A stretch of DNA of 64,000 nucleotides from Lysobacterales bacterium (GTDB taxonomy: Bacteria > Pseudomonadota > Gammaproteobacteria > Xanthomonadales > SZUA-5), in NCBI GenBank assembly GCA_022844165.1, contig JALHMH010000018.1:29071-93070 (forward strand), written 5' to 3'. Position 1 is the stretch's first letter. The number at the start of each line of letters is the position of its first letter. Under the pieces are notes generated by a model that made no database searches, was not told where the DNA came from, and saw nothing but the letters and a program-made list of their open reading frames with translations. Shown here piece after piece: positions 11,701 through 21,096 of the stretch. A program made the position numbers and the translations under genes.

Positions 11701-11913
11701 GAGGTGTTCACCATCCGGCGCCCGTTGCCGGGCACATATGTTGTGCTCGCGAACTACTACGGCGATCGGCGGCAAAGCCTCACCGGGCCGGTGACGCTGC
11801 AGCTCGAATTCCAGACGCGATTCGGGACGGCGGCGAGCACACGAGCGGTGACCACGCGGCGCTTGAGCGAGGGCAAGGAGACCATCGAGATCGGGCGGTT
11901 TACGGTCGAATAG
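8779..11913 (+). CDS. Secreted VIT-domain / vWA-like / DUF2135 (YfaP-like) protein
   Basis: Signal peptide MRLLVLLFLLPFQAFA; VIT motif (NPNSRVLEGEFVFPL); DASAS; C-terminal LSWDADNTDIDLWVVDPSGE...DFTQGYGPE. Confidence 0.88.
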   Translation: MRLLVLLFLLPFQAFAQTPTTPRESPPQIWIDPSAGDLKPIVLGDVTIDIRTSGFIARTSIELRFDNPNSRVLEGEFVFPLSAGQTVAGYALEVNGAMREGVVVEKETARVAFEDITRQQVDPGLAEITQGNVFRTRLYPIPARGSKRVRLSFEQVMSNGDKAWRYELPLHFTQTVGRFTVRVRAALASAAPSGGEFAFERAGTEWFTELTRENVTPQRRLQFDIPKGEGSQIVEAVDPIEPQWRSVVALIAPPAVKDVVIPKRLALFVDASASARDQDWARVNAVLRRYFERIGSAEVRLVVFRNEADPPQTFAVRGGRAPELLAALAALTFDGGSSYGSLTLPAGSDAALIIGDGLSNFGTATATLPVPTTALHAAQRFDTAHLQRLTRGAAVVDAHGDVDAASAALLGAVWRMNSRGNCEQQHLETRLGQLIWYGRCKGQGTLALTLAKGRERAEVPIAFGVGNSDLNETVHRLWAQSQLAELGRSSPTDRAAMIALGKRYGVVTEGTSLLVLDRVEDYVRYRVEPREPELRAQYLQQLAALPKTPADPDRAQRIAQLIQRWQAFKAYHAASYPNVESVLVPIAEQESAAWPNTHIKDVAAGFQQAQALLTDARTLVSRFARDGAEPDSAAKWRREASALMMAIEALRKRRESMPLVAQAADELARERDDSNVVSSRAVAQSAPREELVMAAGFAADAPRAAAPPSPAAAAVAESMEPVLAENKAVGGSATELEPVRATIELTGWTPDSPDVLAIREARDSYAAYLSARERLASSPAFFLDVADVLRGKKQDRLALRVLSNLAEMDVDNAALVRVLAYRLSEWERFDLAVPQFEKALALRGEEPQSYRDLALALYRQQAPEHHRAIDLLWQVATGDWHGRFPDIELIALHEMNQVLVSAPGATASVARLGIAPELIDPVAVGLRVVLSWDADNTDIDLWVVDPSGEKAYYSDPETPTGGHVSRDFTQGYGPEVFTIRRPLPGTYVVLANYYGDRRQSLTGPVTLQLEFQTRFGTAASTRAVTTRRLSEGKETIEIGRFTVE

Positions 11914-12107
11914 GCGCTGCGCTACTCGGCGCCGGGCGAGAAAAGTAACGATTTGCCGGGATCAAGTCGTTCGGCGTTTCGATCTATGCTCCTCACACAC
12001 TGTGCATCCGCACCGAATTTCGGTATCGCGTGGTGCCGGCGAACCGAGCGTCCTGCGTCCGATTTGTTCCGGACGTTCCGCGGTGTTTGAACTTCGAAGG
12101 GGGATTT

Positions 12108-15100
12108 ATGCGATCAGTAACGTTGGCTGCGGCGCTTGCCGCATTGTGTTCGTCCTGGGCAAGCGCGCAAACCGAAAGCGAGCCGTTGTCTTTCCTCACC
12201 GAGAAGCCGTGGTCATTGAGCCAGCACGGGCCAATACTGGGTGCCGAGGCGGCCAATCGGGCGCTGAGCTGCGCATTGGCAAAAAGCCCGATCGCGCGCA
12301 TGGCGCTGCCCAAAGGGGGTCAAATCGCGCTCACCAAACCTGAGCCCGGCGCTGACCTCGCGATCCCGGACAATTACCGCAGCGCCAGCGGCAAGCACAA
12401 GTTGATGGTCAGCGGCGTTGGCTTTGGCGCGCTCAAGTCCATCGGTGCGGACAACATCCAAGACTATGGCAGCTTCCTGGTGGCTGATGTCGATGCGCGC
12501 GCCGTGAGTGCATTGAAAGCGCTGAGCAGCACCGAGCCGACGTATGTCGATTACCAGAATCTGATTCAGATCGGGCAGCGCTTGTTCGATACCACCGACG
12601 CTGCGGTCAAAGCGCGGTCGCGCGACGCCAGCGAGTCCGGGCAACGGATCGTGCAGTTTTCGGGCCCGATCAAGGACGAGTGGTACGCAGCTCTGCAGGC
12701 CACCGGCGCTGCTATTGTCGGCTACCTGCCGAGCAATGCCTATGTCGTGGCAGGCGGCGCGAAGGAACTAGAGCGCGTGCAACGCTTCGCCCGCGAGGCC
12801 AGTTACGTGCAGTGGCAAGGGCCGGTGTTGATCGAAGACAAACTCACAGTTGGAGCGGATCAGCACCTGAAGTCGTTGCGCCCCGGCGAACCTGCGCCAG
12901 GCGGCATCTACACAGTACAGGTGTTGCGCGACACGCCCATGAGTGTACAAACGCGCGCACTCATCACCACCAGCGCTACCGGCCGGATCATCAACGAATA
13001 CGACATTCTCGAATACACCAATATCTTGCTGCCGCTCAGCGTCGCGAGCTTACGTGAGATCGCGGCGCGACCGGATGTCGTAGTGGTCGAGTCTTATGTG
13101 TCCCCTACCAAGCTTGACGAACGCCAGAACATGATCGTCGCCGGCAATATCACTGGTAACGGCCCGACGCCAGGCGACTACTTCAGTTTGCTCTCTACCT
13201 GGGGCTTCAACCAGGCGCAGTTCACCACGTCCAACTTCGGCGTCGATGTCTCGGACAGCGGCATCGACAACGCCACCACCACACCGAACCACTTTGGGCT
13301 GCGACTCGCCGGCGCGATCGGCGGCACCAGCCGCGTTGTCTACAATCGCCTCGAAGGCACGGCGAACGTGGGTTCGACGCTGCAAGGATGCGATGGCCAC
13401 GGCAATCTCAACGCGCACATCATCGGCGGCCACACCGGATCGCGAACCGCGGCACCGCATGCCGACGCACAAGGTTTCCGCTATGGATTGGGCGTCAACC
13501 CGTTCATCAATCGGATCGGCAGCAGCGTGATTTTCGATCCCAGTACCTTCACGAACCCCAATCTGCCGAATCTGCAATCGCGCGCTTACAACGATCAGAT
13601 GCGGCTGAGCAGCAACAGTTGGGGTTCCGCCGCTAACGGCGCCTACACCACAACATCGCAAACCTTCGACGCGCTCACGCGCGACGCCCAACCCACCGGA
13701 AGCACCTTCGCCAACGCCGGAAACCAACAAATGGTGGTGCTGTTTGCGGCCGGCAACAGCGGACCCGGCGTTGATACGATGGGCGCCCCGGGAACGGCCA
13801 AAAACGTGATCACGGTGGGCGCGTCCGAGAACGTCCATCCCTTTGGCGCCGCGGACCAATGCGGCACCACGGACAGCGGCGCCGATAACCTCAACGACAT
13901 TATCGCTTTCAGCTCGCGCGGCCCGACCGACGACGGTCGTGTCAAGCCGGACATCGTCGCGCCCGGTACGCATGTCTCCGGCGGCGTCTTTCAAGCGACG
14001 CACTCCGATGCCGGCAACGGCGCGGCAGCCGCCTGTTTCGACGCGAGCGGGGTTTGTGCCGGCCCTGGCGCCAGCGATTTCTGGCCGCTGGGCCAGCAGT
14101 TCTACACGGCCTCCTCGGGCACCAGCCACTCCACACCCGCCGTCGCTGGCGGCGCGTCGCTGGTGTACCAGCAGTTCCTCAACAACCCGACGTACCTGTC
14201 CGATCGTCTGCCGGCCGGCGCCCAACCGCCGAGCCCGGCAATGGTCAAGGCCTATTTGACCAATACCACGCGCTACATGACCGGGGTGAGCGCGAACGAC
14301 AACTTGTACTCGAATAACCAAGGCATGGGCCTGATGGATCTCGGCCGGGCATTCGACACCACGCCGCGCATCATTCGCGACCAGGTGGCAGCGCAAGCGT
14401 TTGCCAACACGGGCGAATTGCGAGTGTTCACCGGCAGTGTCAGCGACGCATCGCGGCCGTTCCGCGTGTCGTTGGCGTGGACCGACGCACCGGGTGCGAC
14501 CACTGGAAACAGCTTCAGCAACAATTTGGATCTGACGGTTACGATCGCTGGCCAAACCTATCGAGGCAACGTTTTTTCGGGCGCACTGTCGGTGCCTGGC
14601 GGTTCGGCTGATATCGCTAACAACCTCGAAAGCGTCTTCCTGCCGGCCGGCTTTCCGGTTGGTACGCCATTTTTGGTCACCGTCAGGGCCACCAACATCA
14701 CCGCGAATGGCATTCCGAACGACGGCGCCGCCGACCCGACGGACCAGGACTTTGCGCTGGTCGTCTACAACGGCGCGACCGCGTCGTTGCCGGTGATCCA
14801 GGGAACGGCCACGATCGTCGGCGGAACCTGTCCTGCCAACGGCACGGCGCCCGATCCGGGCGAGACCCTTGAAGTCAGCATTGCGCTGCAAAACATTGGT
14901 ACGGCCAACACCGGCAACCTGAACGTGCAACTGCTGAACCAGAGCGGCGTCACGCTGGCCTCGGGCACGCCCGTCAACTACGGCACGCTCGTCGCCGGTG
15001 GTGCTTCTGTTGCTCGTGCGCACGGTCTGCGCGTGGATCCAGCCCTGGTCTGCGGCAACAGCTTCACGCCGATCGTGCGCATGAACGATGGTGGCGCCGT

Positions 15101-16781
15101 CGTGAATCAGGATCAGAGCTTGAACACCCAGATCACAGGCGTAGCCAACATTCCGTTGGCTGAGAACTTCGACGGGGTGGTTGCCCCGGCCTTGCCGGCT
15201 GGCTGGACCGCGTCGCTGCCGCTCGGCAGCGGCCCGACCTGGACGACGACAACTACGCTGCCCAGCGACAGCGGAACTAATAAGATCTTTACGCCAAATC
15301 CCGCCACGCCCTCCGACAGTCGGATCAACTCGCCATCGGTCGCCATTCCGGCCGGGCCGACTGCATCGGTGCTCGTGTTCCGCCACCGCTTCTTGACTGA
15401 GAATCGATTCGATGGTGGCGTGTTAGAGATCTCCATCGGCGGTGGCGCTTTCGCTGACATCATCACGTCGGGCGGTACCTTCGTTGCCGGCGGCTACACC
15501 AATACGCTGAGAACGGACCTCGGAACGACCAATCCGCTCGCAGGGCGTTCGGCCTGGACGGGCACACAGACCGCCTTCGGCACGGTGCAGGTCACGCTGC
15601 CCCTCAGCGCCAACGGCCAGAACATCGTGCTGCGCTGGCGCTTTGGAACGGATAACCTGGTCAATGCGACGGGCTGGTTCGTCGATTCCATTCAGATATC
15701 GTCCGGGCGCACATGCGTCTTGGGATGCCAGGGCACAACGATGTCGATCAATGATGTGAGCGTCAGCGAAGGCAACAGCAGCACTACGTCGATGACCTAC
15801 ACGGTGACGCGCAGCAATCCGCTGCTCACGCAGTCGGTCAGCGCGCAGACGATCGCTGGCGGCACCGCTACAGCGCCAATCGACTTCACAGCCGTGGGTC
15901 CGACGACGCTGACCTTCAGCGGCGCCCAGACCACCCAGAATTTCACAGTGTCCGTGAACGGCGATAACGACGTGGAGACTGACGAAACGGTGTTCGCACA
16001 GCTGAGTGCGATCACCGGCGGCGTGGCGCTGACGGATCCTGATGGCATCGGCACCATCCTGAATGACGACAATGCCATTGCAACGACGACCACCATCACC
16101 AGCGATGCGCCCGATCCTTCCACCGCCGGTCAGCCGTATGCGGTGAATGTGACCGTGTCGAGCGGCAGTGTGTCGCCCACGGGCAGCGTGACGGTGAGCG
16201 ATGGCACCATCAGTTGCGGCCCCGTGGCACTGCTTCCCGGTACCGCGCCCAACAGCACCGCCTCGTGCAACTTGAGTAGCACCACCGTTGGCGCGCTCAC
16301 ACTGACAGCAACCTATGCGCCGTCGGGTTCGTTCAGTGGCAGCACCGATACCGAACCGCATACGGTCAATCCCGCGGCGAGCGGTGGCGATGTCAGCGTG
16401 ACCTTGACCGACGCGCCCGATCCGGTGTCCGCGGGCGGCCAGCTCACCTATGTTGCAACGCTGACCAGTAACGGTCCGGGTAATGCCGATAACGCCAGCA
16501 TCTCGCTGCCGTTGCCGGGCACAACCGTACTGGTGTCGGCCAACGCTGGCGCCGGCGGCAGTTGTAGCGGCAACCCGGTGGTTTGTACCTGGCCAGGCGC
16601 AACCGCACCCAGCACCACGCGCATCGCGACGATTGTCGTCACCGTGCCGGCCTCGGCCAGCGGTACCCTGAGCGCCACCGTCACTGCAGGCGCCAGCAAC
16701 GATGGCAACGTGGGCAATAACACCGCTGGCACCACCACCTTGATCTCGCGCCGACGCATTATTCCGCCGCCGGGACCGTAA
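12108..16781 (+). CDS. Secreted S8 serine peptidase (Kp43-like) with jelly-roll, Calx-beta, Ig-like and DUF11 domains
   Basis: Signal peptide; catalytic D (DVSDSG), H (GHGNLNA), oxyanion N (AGNSG), S (SGTSHSTP); GPTDDGRVKPD; SINDVSVSEGN (Calx-beta); DVSVTLTDAPDPV (DUF11). Confidence 0.92.
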   Translation: MRSVTLAAALAALCSSWASAQTESEPLSFLTEKPWSLSQHGPILGAEAANRALSCALAKSPIARMALPKGGQIALTKPEPGADLAIPDNYRSASGKHKLMVSGVGFGALKSIGADNIQDYGSFLVADVDARAVSALKALSSTEPTYVDYQNLIQIGQRLFDTTDAAVKARSRDASESGQRIVQFSGPIKDEWYAALQATGAAIVGYLPSNAYVVAGGAKELERVQRFAREASYVQWQGPVLIEDKLTVGADQHLKSLRPGEPAPGGIYTVQVLRDTPMSVQTRALITTSATGRIINEYDILEYTNILLPLSVASLREIAARPDVVVVESYVSPTKLDERQNMIVAGNITGNGPTPGDYFSLLSTWGFNQAQFTTSNFGVDVSDSGIDNATTTPNHFGLRLAGAIGGTSRVVYNRLEGTANVGSTLQGCDGHGNLNAHIIGGHTGSRTAAPHADAQGFRYGLGVNPFINRIGSSVIFDPSTFTNPNLPNLQSRAYNDQMRLSSNSWGSAANGAYTTTSQTFDALTRDAQPTGSTFANAGNQQMVVLFAAGNSGPGVDTMGAPGTAKNVITVGASENVHPFGAADQCGTTDSGADNLNDIIAFSSRGPTDDGRVKPDIVAPGTHVSGGVFQATHSDAGNGAAAACFDASGVCAGPGASDFWPLGQQFYTASSGTSHSTPAVAGGASLVYQQFLNNPTYLSDRLPAGAQPPSPAMVKAYLTNTTRYMTGVSANDNLYSNNQGMGLMDLGRAFDTTPRIIRDQVAAQAFANTGELRVFTGSVSDASRPFRVSLAWTDAPGATTGNSFSNNLDLTVTIAGQTYRGNVFSGALSVPGGSADIANNLESVFLPAGFPVGTPFLVTVRATNITANGIPNDGAADPTDQDFALVVYNGATASLPVIQGTATIVGGTCPANGTAPDPGETLEVSIALQNIGTANTGNLNVQLLNQSGVTLASGTPVNYGTLVAGGASVARAHGLRVDPALVCGNSFTPIVRMNDGGAVVNQDQSLNTQITGVANIPLAENFDGVVAPALPAGWTASLPLGSGPTWTTTTTLPSDSGTNKIFTPNPATPSDSRINSPSVAIPAGPTASVLVFRHRFLTENRFDGGVLEISIGGGAFADIITSGGTFVAGGYTNTLRTDLGTTNPLAGRSAWTGTQTAFGTVQVTLPLSANGQNIVLRWRFGTDNLVNATGWFVDSIQISSGRTCVLGCQGTTMSINDVSVSEGNSSTTSMTYTVTRSNPLLTQSVSAQTIAGGTATAPIDFTAVGPTTLTFSGAQTTQNFTVSVNGDNDVETDETVFAQLSAITGGVALTDPDGIGTILNDDNAIATTTTITSDAPDPSTAGQPYAVNVTVSSGSVSPTGSVTVSDGTISCGPVALLPGTAPNSTASCNLSSTTVGALTLTATYAPSGSFSGSTDTEPHTVNPAASGGDVSVTLTDAPDPVSAGGQLTYVATLTSNGPGNADNASISLPLPGTTVLVSANAGAGGSCSGNPVVCTWPGATAPSTTRIATIVVTVPASASGTLSATVTAGASNDGNVGNNTAGTTTLISRRRIIPPPGP

Positions 16782-16790
16782 CACGCCTGA

Positions 16791-16827
16791 CGCCTGGATC
16801 GCCCGGCACAGCCTGGCGATCCAGGCG
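16791..16827 (+). terminator. Strong hairpin after the S8 gene
   Basis: CGCCTGGATCGCC ... GGCGATCCAGGCG 13-bp inverted repeat starting about 10 nt after the stop codon. Confidence 0.5.
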
Positions 16828-17131
16828 CCAAAGCCGCTGAATTGGGGACAACACCGACTGCGCGGGCGAACGCTGCAGCGGGCATTGGAGCGTTTGCAGG
16901 AGAACGCTTCGCGGATGCCAGCTGTGCCTGGACACCAGACATCGAGAACGGTGGTGACGAGCAAGGCAGCATTCGTGCCGGCCCGGTTCATACATCGAAG
17001 AGCGAATGTCGATTGCAGACGACAGGATACGGACGCCGCCGAAAAATCGTGTCGTTCGCGATGCATTGACCGCCGCAACGCTATGCTGTGCTCAGCGTCA
17101 GTGCCCAAAACCAAACCAGAGCCAGGTAACG

Positions 17132-17683
17132 ATGTATAGCCGTACCAGTGAACCGGTCAAGTTCGAGCGCGACTGCGCTGCCGTGATGGTGCCGAGCGGC
17201 GAGACCGTCAGTTTGCCTGCTGGTAGCGTTGGCTACATCACGCAAGCGCTTGGCGGCAGCTTTACGGTGTATGTGGAGGGTAACCTGTTCCGCATCGCCG
17301 GCAGCGACGCCGACGCAATCGGCAAACCGCCCGTTGCTGCGCCGACACTGCCCGATGGCGCGACCAATGCCGATGTCGAGTCCCTGATCTGGGAGCAGCT
17401 GCGCACGTGTTTCGATCCGGAGATTCCCGTCGACATCGTTGAGCTCGGTTTGGTCTACGAATGCAACGTGTTTGCCGAGGACGACGGCCAGCGCCGTGTC
17501 GAGATCAAGATGACGCTCACAGCGCCGGGCTGCGGCATGGGCGAAACGCTGATCAGCGATGTGCGCAACAAGATCGAAATGATCCCAACAGTCGCACAAG
17601 CTGACGTCGATCTGGTGTTCGATCCGCCTTGGAATCAAAGCATGATGAGCGAGGCCGCGAAACTCGAGACTGGGATGATCTAG
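17132..17683 (+). CDS. sufT: Fe-S cluster assembly protein SufT (DUF59)
   Basis: YITQALGGSFTV, CFDPEIPVDIVELGLVY, MTLTAPGCGMG, FDPPW. Confidence 0.93.
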   Translation: MYSRTSEPVKFERDCAAVMVPSGETVSLPAGSVGYITQALGGSFTVYVEGNLFRIAGSDADAIGKPPVAAPTLPDGATNADVESLIWEQLRTCFDPEIPVDIVELGLVYECNVFAEDDGQRRVEIKMTLTAPGCGMGETLISDVRNKIEMIPTVAQADVDLVFDPPWNQSMMSEAAKLETGMI

Positions 17684-17685
17684 CC

Positions 17686-18108
17686 GTGGCGCTCAGCATC
17701 AGGCGGTTAACGGAACAAGAGTATGCGTCGATTCCCGACTTGTTCTTGCTGCTGGAGCCGCACCAGGACCCGGCACAGATCGCCGAGCGCTGTGCCGAGA
17801 TGCGCCAGGCAGGCTGGTTCTGCATCGGCGCCTTTCAGGGCGGTACGCTGCAAGCGATGGCTGGCATTTCGTTGCGCACACACTTGTTCAGTGGCCGCGT
17901 GGCTTTCGTCGAAAACGTTGTGGTGTTGGACGAATATCGGGGACGTGGGCATGGCCGATTGCTGATGGCATGGATCGAAGAATTTGCCCGCGGCCGCGGT
18001 TGCCGCATGGTGACGCTTGATGCGTATCAGAAGAACTTACCCGCCCGTGCGTTTTACGAACGCCTCGGTTACGACGCGCGCGGCGTGCATTTTGTGATCG
18101 AACTCTAA
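17686..18108 (+). CDS. GNAT family N-acetyltransferase
   Basis: VVVLDEYRGRGHGRLLM (acetyl-CoA motif A) and ARAFYERLGY. Confidence 0.88.
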   Translation: MALSIRRLTEQEYASIPDLFLLLEPHQDPAQIAERCAEMRQAGWFCIGAFQGGTLQAMAGISLRTHLFSGRVAFVENVVVLDEYRGRGHGRLLMAWIEEFARGRGCRMVTLDAYQKNLPARAFYERLGYDARGVHFVIEL

Positions 18109-18437
18109 CGAGGCTTCGCCTCAGACCGCCGAGCATTGCTGGCTTCGCCAGACACCGAACTTGCCACAACCCGCGCTTCGCGCGCCCCTTAACTTAAGGG
18201 GCTGCAAAAGCCAAAGCCGCTCCTAAGAAAATTTGACTCAAATGACAAGATCCAGCTTCATCAAGGACTCTAGCGAGGCTTCGCCGCAGACCAACGAGCA
18301 TTGTTGGCTTCGCCAGACACCGAACTTGCCACAACCCGCGCTTCGCGCGCCCCTTAATTTAAGGGGCTGCAAAAGCCAAAGCCGCTCCTAAAAAATTCGA
18401 CTCAAATGACAAGATCCAGCTTCATCAAGGACTCTAG
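18109..18437. repeat. Tandem pair of a 164-165 bp hairpin-rich intergenic repeat (18109-18273, 18274-18437)
   Basis: Two near-identical units, each starting CGAGGCTTCGCC and ending TCAAGGACTCTAG. Same family as 36256-36616. Confidence 0.95.
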
Positions 18438-18438
18438 G

Positions 18439-19515
18439 ATGAGTGCAACACTGACGATCGTGCTTTACGGGGGCGATCGCGTGCGACGCGAAGCGCTGCG
18501 GGCGACGGCAATGGCGGTTGCGGGCGAACATGCAGTCGTCGTTTTGTCGGTTGAGCGCCAGGCGGACGCTGAAGGCGACACGTCGATCGACGTATCGTCG
18601 CACCACGCCGCGCAGTCGCTGGTGGATGTGCTTGCCGCGCATCGAGATTTCGAGCGCGTTGGGCTGTTCGGCGCTATTGCGGGTGGTCTTGAGGTGAGCG
18701 CTGGCGCTGTTGTGCACGGTGCGAATGTACCTTTCGGAGGGCTGGGAATGGCCACCGCACAGGCAGCGCTGCTGACACGCGCTGCTGAACCCATGAGCGA
18801 CCGCGGGCGCGTGGTCTGGATTGCGCTGTTATCGGCGGCCATCAAGTCCCTGTCGCCAGCTGGACAGCGAATCCGTCCAATGATCGCGATCGCGATGCAA
18901 GGCTGGCTGTACTCGCGCGCGTTGCGTTTGCTCGGCTGGAATCTTGCAGCCGTCGCCTTCGGTGGGTTCTTGATGGGCGCCTGGGCCTGTTCGCAAGGCG
19001 TGCTGCTGCAATGGTTGCTGGTGGGCGATGCGCTCATCGTCGCGCTGAAGGTGCTGGCTAACGAAGCCGCAGGGTTCATCGGCGTTAACGCGCCGCCATT
19101 GGCCTTGCTGCTGATCGTCTGGGTTGCGGCGCATGGGTTGATCGTGGCGGTCGGTACCGCAATGGCATGGCGGCGGCGATTCGATGCGCCGCCTGAGCGC
19201 ATCGTGGCCTTCGGATTGATGGTGCCGAGCGGCGATCGCCGCTGGTGGCAGACGCTGGTCCATGCGTTTCGCGAGTTGCTCCGGCCTACGTTCTGGTTGC
19301 CGCTCGTGCTGATTCTAGGCGCACTGGCTTGGGCCGGTCAGCCGCAACAGAGCCTGGTCTTTGTTGCGCTGCGCGCCATGACGATTGCGCTCATCCTGAT
19401 GGTCCTGGTGCAGCGATTGAATCTATCGGCGCTGCCAGAACGACTGCAAAAACTGGGTTATTGGGGCCCGGCGCTGGCATGGCGCCAGGCCCTGGTGCGC
19501 CTAGGCCTGCGCTGA
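18439..19515 (+). CDS. Hypothetical polytopic membrane protein (possibly ECF S-component-like)
   Basis: Many TM segments; GLFGAIAGGLEV..G..VH...VP and AAIKSLSPAG..IRPMIAIAMQG. The family assignment is tentative. Confidence 0.7.
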   Translation: MSATLTIVLYGGDRVRREALRATAMAVAGEHAVVVLSVERQADAEGDTSIDVSSHHAAQSLVDVLAAHRDFERVGLFGAIAGGLEVSAGAVVHGANVPFGGLGMATAQAALLTRAAEPMSDRGRVVWIALLSAAIKSLSPAGQRIRPMIAIAMQGWLYSRALRLLGWNLAAVAFGGFLMGAWACSQGVLLQWLLVGDALIVALKVLANEAAGFIGVNAPPLALLLIVWVAAHGLIVAVGTAMAWRRRFDAPPERIVAFGLMVPSGDRRWWQTLVHAFRELLRPTFWLPLVLILGALAWAGQPQQSLVFVALRAMTIALILMVLVQRLNLSALPERLQKLGYWGPALAWRQALVRLGLR

Positions 19516-20286
19516 CAGTGCGATCACATACGTCAGCGCGCCGGTCGGGTCGCCGATCATGCCAATGCGGCCAACGCCTGGGGCATCGAACGCCGGCACG
19601 CAGACCGATCCGCCCAGTTCCACAGCGCGTTCGATCGTCTCGTCGGTGTTGGCCACGACCACATAAAGCGACCAGGCAGAAGGCATGTCGCCCCATTCTT
19701 TTGTCATTGGGATAAAGCCGCCGTAACGCGTATCGCCGGCCGAATACTCGGTATACATCAGATCGGCAAAATTCGGCATCGGCGATTCCTTATAAGACCA
19801 GCCGAAAAGCTCACCATAGAAGTGGCGCATGCCCGGTACATCGCGTGTCGCCAATTCGACCCAACCAAAGGCGTTCTCCTCGAACATTGCAAAGTCGCCG
19901 TCGCCGCTGGTGGCCGATTGCCACAGCGCAAAGACGGCGCCGCCTGGATCGGCCAGGAAAACGCCGCGGCCATGGCCTGGCGCCTCGAAGGGTTCCATGA
20001 AGACGTTCGCCCCAAGCGATTTCGCTTTCGCGATGCTGGCTTCAAGGTCGGCCACTGCAAAATACGCGGCCCAGCGCGAAGGCCCATCGACGCCAGGTGG
20101 CATACCGGCCAGTGCGCCGACCGTGCCGGTGGTATTGCGTAAAAAGGTGTACGGGCCCATTCCCACGTGGTTAACCTCGCCCTGCCAGCCGAACAGAGCG
20201 CCGTAAAACACGGCTGACGCATCGGGATTCGTGCTGGACAGCTCGAACCAGCATGGAGCGCCCATCGGCAGCGATACGATTGCCAC
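19501..20286 (-). CDS. VOC family (two glyoxalase domains) protein
   Basis: GAPCWFEL...FYGALFGW and a second copy GWVELAT...FYGELFGW; ADPGGAVF and GDPTGA. GAGAGG RBS before GTG 20286. Confidence 0.9.
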   Translation of the reverse strand: MAIVSLPMGAPCWFELSSTNPDASAVFYGALFGWQGEVNHVGMGPYTFLRNTTGTVGALAGMPPGVDGPSRWAAYFAVADLEASIAKAKSLGANVFMEPFEAPGHGRGVFLADPGGAVFALWQSATSGDGDFAMFEENAFGWVELATRDVPGMRHFYGELFGWSYKESPMPNFADLMYTEYSAGDTRYGGFIPMTKEWGDMPSAWSLYVVVANTDETIERAVELGGSVCVPAFDAPGVGRIGMIGDPTGALTYVIALSAQA

Positions 20287-20397
20287 GACACAACCTCTCG
20301 TTTTCGAATGCGAACCTGGATTCTGCGAGCGAAAGGTGGCGCCGTAAAGGTATCGTCGCCGCATACTGCACCACGAACCGATGGTTGAGAGCGAGCC

Positions 20398-20940
20398 ATG
20401 AGCCTGGAAAAAGTCCCCGCTGGCGCCGATGTGCCCAACGAAGTGAACGTCATCATCGAAATCCCGATGAATGCGGAACCTGTCAAGTACGAAGTCGACA
20501 AGGCCTCCGGGGCGATTTTCGTGGATCGCGTACTGACCACGCCAATGCGCTACCCATGCAACTACGGCTACATCCCGCGCACATTGTCGGGTGATGGCGA
20601 CCCATCCGACGTACTGGTTGTGATGCCGCTGCCACTGATCCCTGGCTCGGTGATCCGCGTACGCCCCATTGGCCTGCTCTCGATGGAAGACGAAGCGGGC
20701 GAGGACACCAAGTTGATCGCTTTGCCGATCATCAAAGTGTTCTCCGCATACGCACACATGCACACGATCGATGACGTGCCACAGCACACGTTGGATCGCA
20801 TTCGACACTTCTTCGAACACTACAAAGACCTCGAAAAAGGTAAGTGGGTCAAGGTGCGCGGCTGGCAAGGTATTGATGCGGCCAAACAAGACATCTTAGA
20901 TGCCGTTGCGCGATACGCTGGCGGCAGCGCAGGCGCGTAA
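20398..20940 (+). CDS. ppa: Inorganic pyrophosphatase
   Basis: [41 protein letters not shown]. Confidence 0.97.
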   Translation: MSLEKVPAGADVPNEVNVIIEIPMNAEPVKYEVDKASGAIFVDRVLTTPMRYPCNYGYIPRTLSGDGDPSDVLVVMPLPLIPGSVIRVRPIGLLSMEDEAGEDTKLIALPIIKVFSAYAHMHTIDDVPQHTLDRIRHFFEHYKDLEKGKWVKVRGWQGIDAAKQDILDAVARYAGGSAGA

Positions 20941-21096
20941 AGCCATTGCAGCCGTCGTGAATTCTCACCGGAAGTGAGAATGTTGCGGCATGCGGCTTTG
21001 CGTGTTCCGAAATTGACCCTCAATCACGCTTCCTCGATTTACTTCGCTTCTGCATCGGCGTAACTTCGGCTCGACAAGACCGTATCGGGCAGGGCG

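Noticed and set aside
8806-17114. Long antisense ORFs (8806-10830, 13050-15386, 15423-17114; likewise 21298-22581, 33552-34943, 55101-56609)
   Set aside because: These are shadows of well-supported genes in GC-rich DNA, Arg/Ala-rich and without motifs.
18109-18437. Tandem repeats (here and at 36256-36616) as a CRISPR array
   Set aside because: Units are 164-181 bp with no unique spacers, and there are no cas genes.
20287-20889. N-terminal extension of the 462-aa ORF 19501-20889
   Set aside because: It is antisense to ppa; the VOC protein has its own RBS and start at 20286.
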